Source of the DNA: Marsupella aquatica
Lineage: Eukaryota > Plantae > Marchantiophyta
Length of the DNA stretch: 64,000 nt
Direction of reading: 5' to 3'
NCBI GenBank assembly: GCA_973895155.1
Contig: OZ316892.1
Span: 1,677,223 to 1,741,222, forward strand
Shown one piece after another: positions 22,966-35,885 of the stretch. Position 1 is the stretch's first letter. Every line of letters begins with the position of its first letter. Position numbers and translations under genes: made by a program. The notes under the pieces are model-generated. The model was not told the DNA's origin. It did no database searches and worked only from the letters and a program-made list of their open reading frames with translations.

Positions 22966-23890
22966 CAGCATGCTGTTTTCCATTGCTGTTGCCGACCCTA
23001 TAGGGTCAAGTTGGCAGCAGACTTTTGCAGAAAACTGGTCAGGTGGACTCTCATTTCCAAATTGGATGGTTGATACGGGAACTTCCTATCCAGGGGGCTC
23101 TGCACAGTGGGGAACTGGTGAGATTGAAAGCTATGATGTCTCGGCCCTCGCCATTACTGATAATACACTCTCCATTACACCGCAACTCGAGGCTGATGGC
23201 ACCTGGACCTCTGGCAGACTGGAAACAAAGCAGGACTTTACCTGCGCGCAAGGTGGGAAACTTTGGATCGAAGCCTCGATTAGGCTTGGAAATGCTCCGA
23301 CGTCTCAAATGCAAGGTATTTGGCCTGCATTCTGGGCTCTTGGTTCGTCATTTCGGGGCAATTACCAAAACTGGCCGATGACTAGTGAATGGGATTTCTT
23401 GGAAAGCATCAATGGTCTTCCTACGATGTACACAACAATTCACTGCGGCACTGCTCCAGGAGGTCCATGCAACGAAGACACGGGCATCAGCAGTAACACA
23501 CCTTTTACCAAAGGAGTATTGCACAAGGTTGCCTTCGAAGTCAATCGAAGCACTACTAGTCAAAGTGCAACCCGCAGTGCAACCACCCGGGGAGGAATGG
23601 GCGGAGGAAAGAACGGAACAACCGGAACAACCGGAACATGGCAGGACGAGACTTTGAACTGGTACTTGGATGGCAATTTAGTATTCAGCGTGAAGGGTAG
23701 CACAGTCAATGATCAGCAAGCCTGGACCCAGTTGGCCGCTGCTCCACACTTTCTGCTTTTGAATGTGGCTGTTGGCGGTTCATTCCCAAACGGTGTTGCA
23801 GGTGGAACTACTCCAACCTCTGCAACCATTGGTGGATCCACTGTTGCTATGGAAGTTGAATCTGTGCATGTCTGGAACTCGGCCACTTAA
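22943..23890 (+). CDS. Secreted glycoside hydrolase family 16 endo-1,3(4)-beta-glucanase, laminarinase type, intronless (315 aa)
   Basis: Signal peptide MKFLIFVSSMLFSIAVA, DTGTSYPGGSAQWGTGEIESY, WTSGRLET, GIWPAFWALG, catalytic EWDFLE (ExDxxE), HCGTAPGGPCNE, WYLDG and HFLLLNVAVGGSFP. Confidence 0.9.
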   Translation: MKFLIFVSSMLFSIAVADPIGSSWQQTFAENWSGGLSFPNWMVDTGTSYPGGSAQWGTGEIESYDVSALAITDNTLSITPQLEADGTWTSGRLETKQDFTCAQGGKLWIEASIRLGNAPTSQMQGIWPAFWALGSSFRGNYQNWPMTSEWDFLESINGLPTMYTTIHCGTAPGGPCNEDTGISSNTPFTKGVLHKVAFEVNRSTTSQSATRSATTRGGMGGGKNGTTGTTGTWQDETLNWYLDGNLVFSVKGSTVNDQQAWTQLAAAPHFLLLNVAVGGSFPNGVAGGTTPTSATIGGSTVAMEVESVHVWNSAT

Positions 23891-26121
23891 ATATTCGTCT
23901 TTGTAGCTGTAGGGATAACCACTTTGGAACCGAGGCTATTTGATAGCAAATTTTGTTTTCAGCACATTCGATTGTATATAAAGCGATTGTCCTCTCGTCT
24001 ATCAGTCTTGACTTGCGAACTTGTTAGACAGTTAGTTCCAGAGCTGAGCAGATTAGATTAGCTGCCTTAGCTTGCTCCACCGCAAAAAGGTAGGACTATG
24101 GAGGTTGCTTAGCGGGTGTAGTAACGATTACCGTCAGTTGAGTAACTGAGCACCATGTTCGCTATATCATCTGGAGGTCTTCGTTTTACAGTAATTGACT
24201 CTCTAGCAAAATTGTTTTTGCGATTCGAAGCGCGGCAAGGACAGAAATCTTTCCTCCCGATTAGTTACCGAACTCGTTCTGGCCCGCAATTGCATTGTAT
24301 TCGCTCTCCGTGTGGAACTCTCGACTAAAGTAGTCCGTAGCAAATAATATATCTATTAGTTTTCTCCAGATAAGTTATATTTCAACGCAGCTCCCGCGGA
24401 CGATCGAGGCTTCCCCGTGAAATCTGAACGAGCCACATTTGACAGAAAAGCCATCGACGATGATCGAAACTGTTGCATAAAATCTCTTACGGAAGAATCT
24501 GTTAGCAGTAATTATAGGCTGCTGGGTAGACCACCTAAGCCGTTTTGCAAAGTTCGCGTATCATGGCTTGTTTTAGGACCTTAGGTTCTGTTTGACCGTA
24601 GTCGGTGGCTTGAAGTGCGTGCTACGTGAACGTGTGAAATGATATATTCAGCTAAAACTGCCGTGAATTAAATAGTGATTACACCTTGCATTCAGCATAG
24701 ATGTTCAACGTACGAGCGGTTCGGTCGAAACTTTTCTGCATCAGGACCCAACTGACTGCTAGCTACTGCCCCATATACAATATTGGTGCTCCCGTAGAGC
24801 TTAACTTTAATGACAAACAGCCAAATTGAGGTATTCGGTGAGTAGGGCGGAGCGAGCTCTGACTTAGCACGACTGAACTGTTGGAAGTTATTACTCGTAA
24901 GTAGTGTAGAAGCGACTGGCTACGACACTAGTGTGATCTTTATTGATCACCGTTACTTGCCTTACATCACGTTGCCCAGTATGCGTGATATACGGTAGCC
25001 ATCTAGGCTGTTAGTTCTAGGTCACTACTTTATGTCCATTGATCTCTTCCTCTTCCACGGATCCATCGTTCCCTACTTATATGGCGCCCTGCGCTTTGTT
25101 CTCTTGTAGCAATAGAATATTGGTTGTTACCAACATGAACATCTGCATATAATGACTGATAATCAGTGCTAGTAAATTTCCTTGATTTCGTGACCGCAAA
25201 CAAAAACTTTATGATTGGATGTGACGAACTCAACAAACCATATGAACTGGGCTCGAAGGACTTCTACAATTAAGCCATTCTCAACCAAGGAGTGCCATAT
25301 TTAACAGTCTTAATTTGATCGTCAGCGGTGGCCAAATTCTGCCTCTGGCAATCCTCTTTGACGTGAAAAGATTTCTAAGCGTACAAAACCAAATTGGGCT
25401 GCTTCGCTCGCCTCACGCTTTGGCGCAGTTCACCTAAGCCACTTTTCCAAGAATTGAAGGCTCATGCGTGCCTTGGTGGCGGGCTCAGTGGTAACTTCCA
25501 GGAGCACTTTGTAACATGGATGGGCCTGACTCCTTCACCCAAACAAATTCATCCTACCAGAAGGCAACTTTGAATTTGTGGGCCGCCCTTGTTGTATGCT
25601 GGCTTTTTCAATGAATTTCAATTGGTTTTTTGGAGGCACAAAAACATTGGATTGGTGGTGAGATCAGACATTGCAGAGATGCCATTCTTTCTCTCCGGAC
25701 CATCTTGTTCTGAGAAATGGAAGTGAAGACATGGCATATGGATAAGCGAGTTTCAAAGGGTTTTACAGCTACGACCCCAAAGTGAGAAACGTGATGGTCT
25801 ACTTCACGACTTTGTGGCAAATGGGGAGTATTCAGACTTTCGTGGTGAAAAATAATTGTATGCATTGCCACTCGATGGTGAGTAAGAAGAAAAAAAAAAG
25901 GAGTTCGTTTTACAATGAAGGCCCATTCAATCCGGCCGATCAATGCCGGTCGCTAGCTGTGCCGATAAGAATAAAATTAATGTTGCATTCACAGGAAATA
26001 TGACTGGCATCTAATGCTCGACCCTCTCGGCAGCTACTTCACAATATATGAAAAATGGCTAAACCTACTGCTTAATCGGCAGATGTCTGATGAGATCGGT
26101 CGAGGTTCTTTGAATGGAATG

Positions 26122-29100
26122 TCATTCACTTTGTTTAGCAAGTAAGCGTTGAGCTTCAGTCTTAATGATAGACCACGCATCATCGATGTGCCGCTGTTGT
26201 GTCTGTGATGCGCCAATTGCCATTCGCAACGTAAACGTTCCAGATAGAATCTGCGTAGTACAATAGACAGTTCTCTTCCATGTGAGTTTCTTTGCTTTGT
26301 CCTACCTAAGATTCACTGAATATGGTCACCGGTAAAACACAAAAGGTCAACAACAGATATGCCAGATGTTGCTCAGTAAACAGTCTCAAGCTGGGATTAA
26401 TTCCTAGCCTGATGGAGTAGAATTCATGAGAAGTGGAGCCCGGAGTACCGTATGAGTCAGGAAGATTTTGCCACAGCTATTGATATTATCCATCAAGTTG
26501 TTATTCAGGGTTCTGCCGTTGTCGGTATCATCTGGGAGAGGCTTTAGTCGAAAACAAACCAGCGTAAGATTTCTGGGGGTAACAACCTGTCAAGAGCGAA
26601 CATTTTTGTGAGGCAGTCACTCCAAACTTAATTTGAACCAAGCTTTCGATGAGCATGAAATGTTGGTATGTGGACATATCTCGTCAACCATCAAAGGGCC
26701 TCTCCATGGCTTGTCGTATGTAAGTTGCGTATCACGACTATAGGAGGCTGTAGTTATTGCTATGAAAGAAAGTAATTCATTGAGTACTTCTTTGATTTAC
26801 ATACCCAAAAATGTGACCAAAGTGGGTGCAATGACCAGGCTGGTAAAGCGGATCACCTCAAATATGTCATGAGCTCGCACAAGATTCTCAAAATGCTCTG
26901 CCAAAGCAACGTGATTTCTGATATAGTTACGTAGACCTGAAGCTCCATACATACGTAACACGAACCACAGCTTCAGAGATCTGCAATCAAAAGCAGCTTG
27001 ATGCTTAAAGGTCCCCAACGACTTTCCGTCAGAAGTCAATGCACAAAAACTTCACTAGGAACCATTTCATCAATTTTACTGAGATCATCTATACATCTAA
27101 CATTTACGTCTCCTCTCATGGAAGGAAATAGCAGGTTGACAGGTGTGACAAAATCCATTACTCAAATATTTCTCCTGATTCTTTCTTACGACCAGCAACA
27201 AAAACTTCCTAAAGAATGATTCTTTACGCGCATAATGCGCAAGCAGGAGACAAGTATGAAGAAGATAAATTACCTGAATCGTCGACCTAAAGGAATTTGT
27301 AAATCCTTGAAATCCACGACTTTTTGCTCATCTGTTGCCTGCAACAGACAACAATTAATCCAGATCTTCAAATGACCTCGATTCCTCCAAATCTTTTTAC
27401 CATTCGGACCTTTGATATCCCTTATTCGTTCATATCCACATCTTCTTGTGCTGTTTAATTGATTGAGGAATATTCATCCTGCAACACCATGGATCCCAAA
27501 ATCAAAAAGCACTGTCTGTTCTCGGCAGGGTACTAATACTAATAGGAGAAAGATGCATAGAACTAGAAGTTGAACAGGACTGGAAATTTCAAGCCATCCC
27601 AAAACAACACAAATCCTAGCATCAACATTTCCAGCAACTTACTTTGTTGCGCAGAAACTCAGGGCTTGTAGACAGCGCTTGAAAAAGTGGTCTTGTGTCC
27701 TGTCATTCAATGCAAAACAAACAATTATCAGAGACTCGCATTTGGATTGAACACATTAGAAATTGATGTCATACTTCAGATCGATTGGAAAAAAACAAGT
27801 TGCCGCATTACAAAACAACATAATGATAAAATTTCTTTGAGGCTCACAAAGTTTAAACAGCCAAAAACATTTCAACTCAATAAACTTCTTTAAATTAGGC
27901 TACAGACTACTGCTATCATAGAAGTCAAGGTGGGAGAGCTTATCATTCTCAGTATTTTTATTCTGGTATCACGTCGGACATGTACCTTGACCCAAAGTGT
28001 TGAGCAGTCGAAGTTGGTGAGAAGCCACTTGTGTGGATTCATGCAGAATGAATCTGCCTTCTCAACGCCGTCAAGACAAGGCCGGAACTCAGGACAAATG
28101 CAAGCACTTCCAGCATGTGCAGCATCTACATGAAACCACATTCCGTGTTCCTGCACCTCCAACATACTCCTGCTGATCAGAAATGAAGCGACGAATTGCC
28201 AAAGAATAGCGAAGCCCGCATGTGATAACTGCCCACCAACAGGATGGGGGGACCTTCCAAACAAAATCAAAACCCAAACGGGTTGGCTTAATGAATGACG
28301 GAGAAGCGACAGACAGCAGAGGTCTTATTCAAAAATTTCTCGTGTGGTTAATGCTTTCCCAGTCAAAATAGAGAATTTAGCACAACTTTCTAGCCCGTCC
28401 CCTCTTCACCCAGACCGTGCCTGCATGAGAATAGATGGAATGCTGCAATGCTTGGCACATGTCATGCAATTGAAGGAAAGGCATGTGAACGACACTTTGC
28501 CCATCACTTCGAGGCTTACCAGCGCAATGTCACCTAATTTGGATATAGGATCCACAGCAGACGATGAAGTAGTTCCAACCTACAAACAATCACTCATTCC
28601 TTCAGTGAGGATGAAGTCCCAACTTTTTGCAAGTCCTGCTTTTGATTTTCTCTGACCTAGATTTTCTCTGACCTAAGCCCCTCAACGTGCGTGTCGTCCA
28701 GAATGTTCAGACTGAGATTGCACTGGAAAGTTATGAATATAGACACAGAAGAGGAGAAAGAGTTGATGCTGGAGTCCCATACTGTTCCACAAAGGAAGAA
28801 GGGCAGAAGGCCATTGGCTAGATCTTCTGCTACAGCCTTCGACACCACAGCCGGAGAGAGACTAAAGTTTGTAGAAAAATCTGTAGGTAGTACTCGTATA
28901 TTTCCAGAGAGACCTGCAATCTATAGAAACGGACCAGCGAAGAGGGTCAGCAATCTCTGATCTATGCATGCTCTTCAAATGGAACAGCCGTTGCTGGTGA
29001 TCGTTGACTCCAATCTATATCCTATTACATCCTCTGCTTTGTGATAAAATTCTTCCGAATCATGTACGACAGGGGAGTACTAAAGTACCTGGGAAGCCTT

Positions 29101-30846
29101 CTGCACACATGCGTGGGTTTGGTCCGAAGTATAAGCTACAAGCCTCCCAAATGCTTCAGCTTCAGTAAGTCCTTGCTTGGTAAGTTTATCAACAAACACT
29201 TTTCGGGCGGCAAGGAGTACAACAAGAACTGCTTCACTTGCAGTCCCTTGAATCACTCCGCCACCACTGCCTGCTTCCAATATCTCCATTCAGATATATG
29301 TAGAGCGCACGACAGAGTACTCCTATCGTGTGTCATGATAATCTGAAATCTGATTCTTAGGTTTAGATTTTTCTAGTAAACATCTTATTCATCAATTCTG
29401 TGAGTTCCAGGAGTGAAGTCATAAACCCACGCATAAACGCTCCCAGATTATAGAACTGCCACTTCTACCTGTACAGCTCGTAAAACATTCTAAAACTTCA
29501 AATCAAATTGCAAGGCTTCGAGGTTAAGACATGAAATTCACTTCACCCGTTGAAAGAAACTTATTTGGGAGCTGTAAGAGCTTGCCCAGCCAGTCTAGAA
29601 CAATTGTCTCCAATTCTGTAGCAGCAGGGGATGATATCCAACTGAATCCCATCACACTCAAACCGCTGCTCAGCATGTCACCCAAATAACCTGCTGTGCT
29701 ACCATTAGCTGGATAGTAGGCAAAGAAATTCGGGCTCTGCCAATGTGTTATGCCAGGAAAAATCTTGCTCCGTACATCTGAACAAGCAACGATCAATCAC
29801 CTTTGCGTGTGAGATTTTGAAAGGGATGTTTGTACTTCATTGAACTGATAGATCATAGAGAAATTGAAGAATACAAAGGGTGATAATGCGTAAGGCTCAA
29901 ACCTGCGTGTGCAAAACAACACAATCCAGAGGTACTGAATACTATGAACAAAGTTGTCTCCGACTTCACAAGACAAATTACAGATAGCTAGAAGCCAGAG
30001 CACCACACAAACCTTCAAAAGAGTACAGTCAATTCTTTTCAATTCGATAAAACTACGGACGTTCAAATCTTCCGTTAAGACATTTCACCAGCCAGCGGAG
30101 TGTATGGTGGCAGCTCTTGGAATAGGAACCAGGGGGAATGTTGGAGCTAAAGCGAAGAACTCTGGTCGTCGAGAGGTGAAGGAAGGACCTGACAGAACGT
30201 CATCTAGACTTTCTGGATCTTCAGGAGCAGAATCTGGCAGAAGTTGCTTCAAGTAACCTGGCTGTCAGGTTCACGTAAACAGGACAAGCAAGAACATGTG
30301 AAAGAGATGAGCAAGTCATTCCGCGAGAACCCTTATCAAGACCTTTTGTAATGATCAGGAAAGAAAAACAATACCGACGTAAACACTAAAGAATCCAACG
30401 AAATCTTTAACTTCAAGATTCGTTATTTTGCAGCATAAAGTATTGTTCTGAGTAGACTGCAAAGCGACTCATCAAACAGTTTGACTTGAATTCATTCACA
30501 TTACTCACATGACTTCTTTGATCAGTAATCCGTCTAGTCCCTAGACAGCACGTCACGTCATGGATCTAATTAAAAAGTTCATTGCAACAGAATCAGAAAG
30601 AGATATCTATCTGCCACTTCAACCTCAATCCCGACTTGATAAATCGTCCAAAAACTTGACACTCTCATTAGTGAACTTATTTATTACCTCCACTTGACTC
30701 CGCACCGGGAAAGACTCAATGTTGAGGTGATAATCAGCAACGAAGTCCACCATTTGATGTGCAAGTTTGCGGAGCTCCTCCGCATTGGAAGGGCTCAAGG
30801 GCTTAGTGCTAGCCGCTACATTTCCCTGACTTCCCCTGCATCCCAT
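26122..30846 (-). CDS. Aromatic L-amino acid decarboxylase family (TyDC/TDC/AAS) protein, probably an aromatic acetaldehyde synthase; 12 exons, 506 aa
   Basis: Exons 30846-30688, 30261-30189, 29777-29547, 29270-29089, 28920-28783, 28579-28520, 28150-27986, 27699-27643, 27338-27274, 26980-26857, 26586-26449 and 26250-26122 are all GT-AG and total 1521 nt in frame. Motifs: [42 protein letters not shown] lysine [26 protein letters not shown]. Confidence 0.93.
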
Positions 30847-32094
30847 ATCTCTTCTTAGAATTTCGCACTCAAGCGTAGAAGTGCCCGTCAGGCTTCCCTT
30901 CACAGAAATCTGGCTGACACCATAATTCACTATTTGCAGCCCACTTTCGTCACTTGCAAGTAACTTGGGATCCAGATAAGAACTCCAATGAAATTATGCA
31001 AAGCAATCTTTTTCAGAAGAATCAAGATTCCTGACTGCCTTTCAGCAAGTGTCCATCCAAATACCAAAACTGAGCTCTGAGGAAATTGTTCACATCAGAT
31101 TTTCGCTTTTCGGAACTGAAGGGGTTTCTTTTAATCACGGCAAGCCATTTACACTGATCCCAGAAGATGTTCCAATGGCTTACCGACGACAATTGAATGA
31201 CCAGTCCCACTGACCTGCTATATAACGGAATCTGCCCTTCCCAGTTCATAAATTCCATAGTTCAAAAATCTGCCCAAATTGAACTTCATCTGCTCTCAAT
31301 TTTGCATTACATTTCGAGAAACAGGTACAGCATATTAAATTACTACACGGTTTCCGAGGAGTGCACACCAAAAGTCTGAGACAGTTCCTTTCTAACATAC
31401 CCCAACTCAAAAAGACAAGAGAATCTAGCATTATCAGTAGCAAGGGGTCAACATTCTCTTACATGGCGAGAAAATGAGTTCAGCACAGCACTCTCGCTCC
31501 TGATATGTATCTTCCTCTGTCTCGGCAGAATCGGATCGTGGACTCGTCTCCTGAATCGAAATCCAGTATATGGCTGAAAGCGGCCACACTTGAATTTCAA
31601 ACCAATTGCCGTCTCTATGGGTCTATGGCAGTATGGCTCAATCTCTGGTGTTCAAGAATCGAGGTCCGCCATTATTTCCCGAATCCCAGCTCATAATTGA
31701 AAGGAAAGGCTGCATGAAGTTTCTACATGTCGGCGACGAAACGCTGTCTGCGCCTCAGAAGCCAAAATCCAAAATGCTGCTCTGCTGTCAGTGGGGCTGA
31801 AGTACAGTGCAATGGTGGATAATTTGTGGCCCACCATAGATTGAAGCTCTTGGTATAGAGCTGCGTTTAGCGGGCACTCAGTTGAAAACAAATGATACCG
31901 GAATATGAAGCAAAAGTGAAGCAAACAAATAATAATACCGGAAAGAGGAGAGTGAAGCAAGGAAGGATGGACCTCCATGTGGGACACATTGTTCTCGAGT
32001 GTCTATTAAGATAATTTTTAACTTTTTAACTTTTCACCTGCAAGGCAACTAGAGAGAAAGGGAAGGCCCAAATGGGCCATACACAATTCTCCCA

Positions 32095-33300
32095 TGGATC
32101 ACACATTTTGGTGGTCCATGTGAGTTTTGGGTTCATAACTTGATGATTATGAGTATTAAAAATTAAAAAATAGTGTTTCACTGGCAAGGCAACTAGAAGA
32201 AGAGAAGATGTAAAAAAACTCAAGCCCTAATATTTCATATTAATACAAATGAAAACTAATCTAATAGAATTTCCCCTCCGGGTTCCATGATGACTAACTC
32301 AACCGAATGACCAGAATTCCATGTCACTTTGATGAAAGTGTTGCTTACGTACTCCTGGAGCACATTTTCAAAACTGATAGAAAATATGTTGGGAAATGTG
32401 GTCCATGGGGGTTTCAAAATATGGACGTTGTGGTCCCTGGTAGCATCATTTTCCAACTAGCTAAGGAGGAGATATAAAATAAAACTCAAGCCCTAATATT
32501 TCATATTAACAAACCTGCCCAACTTTGCTCATAAATAAATGATGAATAACGTCTTTTCTGTTTACAATAAATTCCACCCCCAACCATAGCTGTGCCCCCA
32601 GAGTCATTCTCTAGAGACTCGTTATTTCTTTCTTCATTCTTTATCTTTCACTAGTACAAATGCCGAGCTTTGCTAATATATAAATTGTGAGTGGGCCCAA
32701 GCTTTTCTCACAAATGGATGATGAATAACATGTGTCTGTTTACAATTCCACCTCCAACCATGGCTGTGCCCCAGAGTCACGTCTAGAGGGTTCACCATAC
32801 ATCATAGACCCTTCTCCTAGTTTTTGGTCACAGCTATATTAAACAGATAGAGTGGATTCCTTGTCATTCTCTTGCATATTTATTCCCCTCCTTTTACGTG
32901 GACTTTGTCTATATAAGCCATCTTTTGCAGATTCATTCCAAAAGTAGAGAAGTACTAGGTTCCTTGCCATTCTCCTGCATGTTTATACCCCTCCTTTCAC
33001 GTGGACATTGCGAACAAAGGCATACTTTTGCAGAATTATTGAAAGTGCCATTTGCATGACATTGCGGACAAAGGCATACTTTTGCACAATTATTCAAAGT
33101 GCCCTTTGCGTGTATTAAGTTTTTGTTTTCCAGTGCGCAGCGTGTGCCATAATGATCCCAAATATGGAGCTTCAGCTCAAGTTTTTGAGTGCTATTGGTG
33201 CCCATAATGCTTTATTTTGAGGTTTTTGTTCTATAGTTGCCCATGATGCTTTAGTTTGAGGGGCTATTTTTTAGGTGCTATTATTGCCCATAGCTATGGT
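32095..33300. repeat. Mosaic of interspersed repeat (14540 family) and short tandem duplications
   Basis: Homologous to 14540-15000. Duplicated blocks at 32520/32700 (gatgaataac...tgtttacaat...ccaaccat.gctgtgcccc) and 33005/33058 (gacattgcg.acaaaggcatacttttgca). Confidence 0.55.
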
Positions 33301-34144
33301 AACAACACCTTAACACACCTAAACCTAAAAGATTTCACATTTTATTAATTTTAGTGAAAGTTTACCAAAATTTTCATGATGAGCCCACACAAAAGCCTGA
33401 CACTGCACTCTTGTCAGCCGATGCCCTGAAATTTAGAAAGAGAAAGGCATTGCGTGTGTAATGAAGGCATCCTCTCAGTTGGGCGATGTGAGGCCTGGCC
33501 AAACGCTCTTTTCTGGGCCAGTGCCCTAGTGAAACGGATTTAGGGTGAAACGGCTTCAGGGTGCTTCAGACTCCTCTTCGGATTTATTTTTTACAGTCTA
33601 CCTTGCATACATGCGCCCTGTGGAAGTGCATTCCTACTTTAACTGCAGGTTGGTCTTGTACTCCCTGATATTACAGGGCTTTCCTTTGGAAAATAATCTG
33701 CTTCAGCCCTCAACCTTTTAACTATAACAGTTAGGATATCCTCGAGAGATAGCAAGCCCTGCGAACCCTGCCTTGAAGAAGAGCTGCATTTCTCTTGGTC
33801 ACAGAAGGGGTACCCTCACCTCCATACCCTGTAGATGTCTGATGTCATTCATTTCCATTACATTTATGATAGTGTGGAGGACGCAAACATTTGTCGTTTC
33901 CCTACGATGGAACAACTTCCAGAAAATACCCAATTCTCCCATAGAAAATAAAGGAGAGGGCTGCACGGATTTTTCTTCTTGAAGTACAAGAAATGTCTCG
34001 GTTGTCAACATAAATACTCTTCTATGCACGAACAGTTGTTCCTTTCAGAAGGACATGAAGATCTGGAAGCTTTCAATAACAATGGGACTGAAGAGATACC
34101 ACGTCATATGTAAGACGCATAGCAGCTTTTCTATAAGCGGAAGA

Positions 34145-35885
34145 TCAGAGAAGAGGAGGGAAAATGACCCATCGCCGGGGGTACTTTAGACGACCCTCCT
34201 TCCCATCAAAGGTCTGCGCAAATGAAAGAAATTAGAGATCAGCAACCCACTATCGATAAATAATCCGAGTATTGCTTACAGGTTAAAACCTCTTCATATA
34301 CCATTAACATAAATTCTAAGTGGTAAAACCAGAGGAAGCAAAGGTTTTTATTTCCTTAGCTTTTACGAGCCAAACACAGCAAAGGTTTACATAGTCCGAG
34401 CTAACCCAGCAAGCAGCAATTCCTCATAGGAAGAGGCCAAAGATAAGTTCGTACAAGACATGCAGAGACAGAACAATAGTTACAGGTACTGTGACATTCG
34501 ACCACAGACACAGACTGTGACAAGAGTTTACAAAAGGCACAAGAATGGGCTGCAACAAGACATACCTTTCTCAATCGCTCGTGCTTGCCAAGAGCCCACA
34601 CGGTCATTATAAACCCAGCAGCAGACAGAAACAAGTAGCCAGCCAGTGTCTGTGTAGCAATGTTGAACCCAATCCACTGCCAGATCTCTGTAGTGTAGTT
34701 GGCACAAGTGACATAGTTGAACAAGAATCCCTTTGGAATTTGGTACCCACCTTTCCCATCAGGAGACCGGAGATTCTTCAAGATAATGTGAGTGTAAAAG
34801 TTTGCGACCTGGGAAACTACGGACAAAGTGAACCCAAAGTATATCTGTTTCTCGCCAACTGGCGTGTATAGGGGGTGGTTCACAAAATATGCAACGAAAG
34901 CACCAAAGGTCCAGTAGTAGACACAGTTTCGGTACACATTGCTGATGGGAGAGGTTGCATGACTGAACCTGTGAACAAAAAAGGTCTCCAAGATACGTTT
35001 CGTGTAGTGAAATGTCCACGCATATAATGCCCAAGTCTGTACTGGATACTTGGATTTCTGTTGTGCGAGACCGACGATTGTGTATATAGCTGGGTAAAAG
35101 TAAAATATTGGGTATATGAGGAGGGGGCCCACATACTCAAAGAAGAACAGTGTCTTGTAGTTAACCTGAGGACCCAAGTCCTTAAAAATCACCTTTCCAT
35201 CATTTCCCTCAAAGTAATCCTTCAGTTGCTTAGAGCTATCCAACACAGTAGCTCGCACCTGGCCACCCTCCAGGGGGAGAGTAAGGCGTTGCCTAGCTGG
35301 GTAGTACTTTCGAGCTGGACACCATCGTCACACGTACCAACTATGAGGTGTCCAGTTCGTTCAAAAAAAAATGGAGCCAGATATACAACAGAAAAATAGC
35401 AATGGCCCACACATCGACGATGTAATATATTTATACAGGTTGGCTCCAGGTCCGGAGGGTCAGAAAGGAAGATGAGAAGGAGAAAAGAAAGAACAAAAAG
35501 AGAATTGAGTGGTAATACTGAGTGAAGACAAACCCCGTTGCAAAGAGAAGTAAAGACAAACTCACTCTGCTTGTGGATTGCGCTCTTGAGATCCTTGACT
35601 GTTGCCTGAATCAAATCGAAGGTTCTTGTTAGTCCATACACCGTCAATCTGATGCAACGTTCGTTTGACAGCCATCTATGGAGGTCATCGCAATGAATCC
35701 CAATTTTTCAGAATTTCTGTCCTCAGCAAGGTGGGTACAAGGCCTCGCAACGAGGTAGAGTGAATCAACAAGTGGCATTGTACTAATCCCTAGAGTAAAA
35801 TGATTAATCTTACATCATCTTGAAGATCGAGGCCACCTTTCACTATCTCTCGGCCACTACGTGCAATCACTTCCACCCTCACCAT
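34145..35885 (-). CDS. ECR: Very-long-chain trans-2,3-enoyl-CoA reductase (ECR/CER10/TSC13); 4 exons, 309 aa
   Basis: Exons 35885-35814, 35605-35566, 35314-34566 and 34213-34145 (930 nt, GT-AG). Sequence: [81 protein letters not shown]. Confidence 0.95.

Noticed and set aside
28115-28117. CAT codon as a possible C-to-U editing site restoring Tyr
   Set aside because: The gene is nuclear and spliceosomal, and plant C-to-U editing is organellar.
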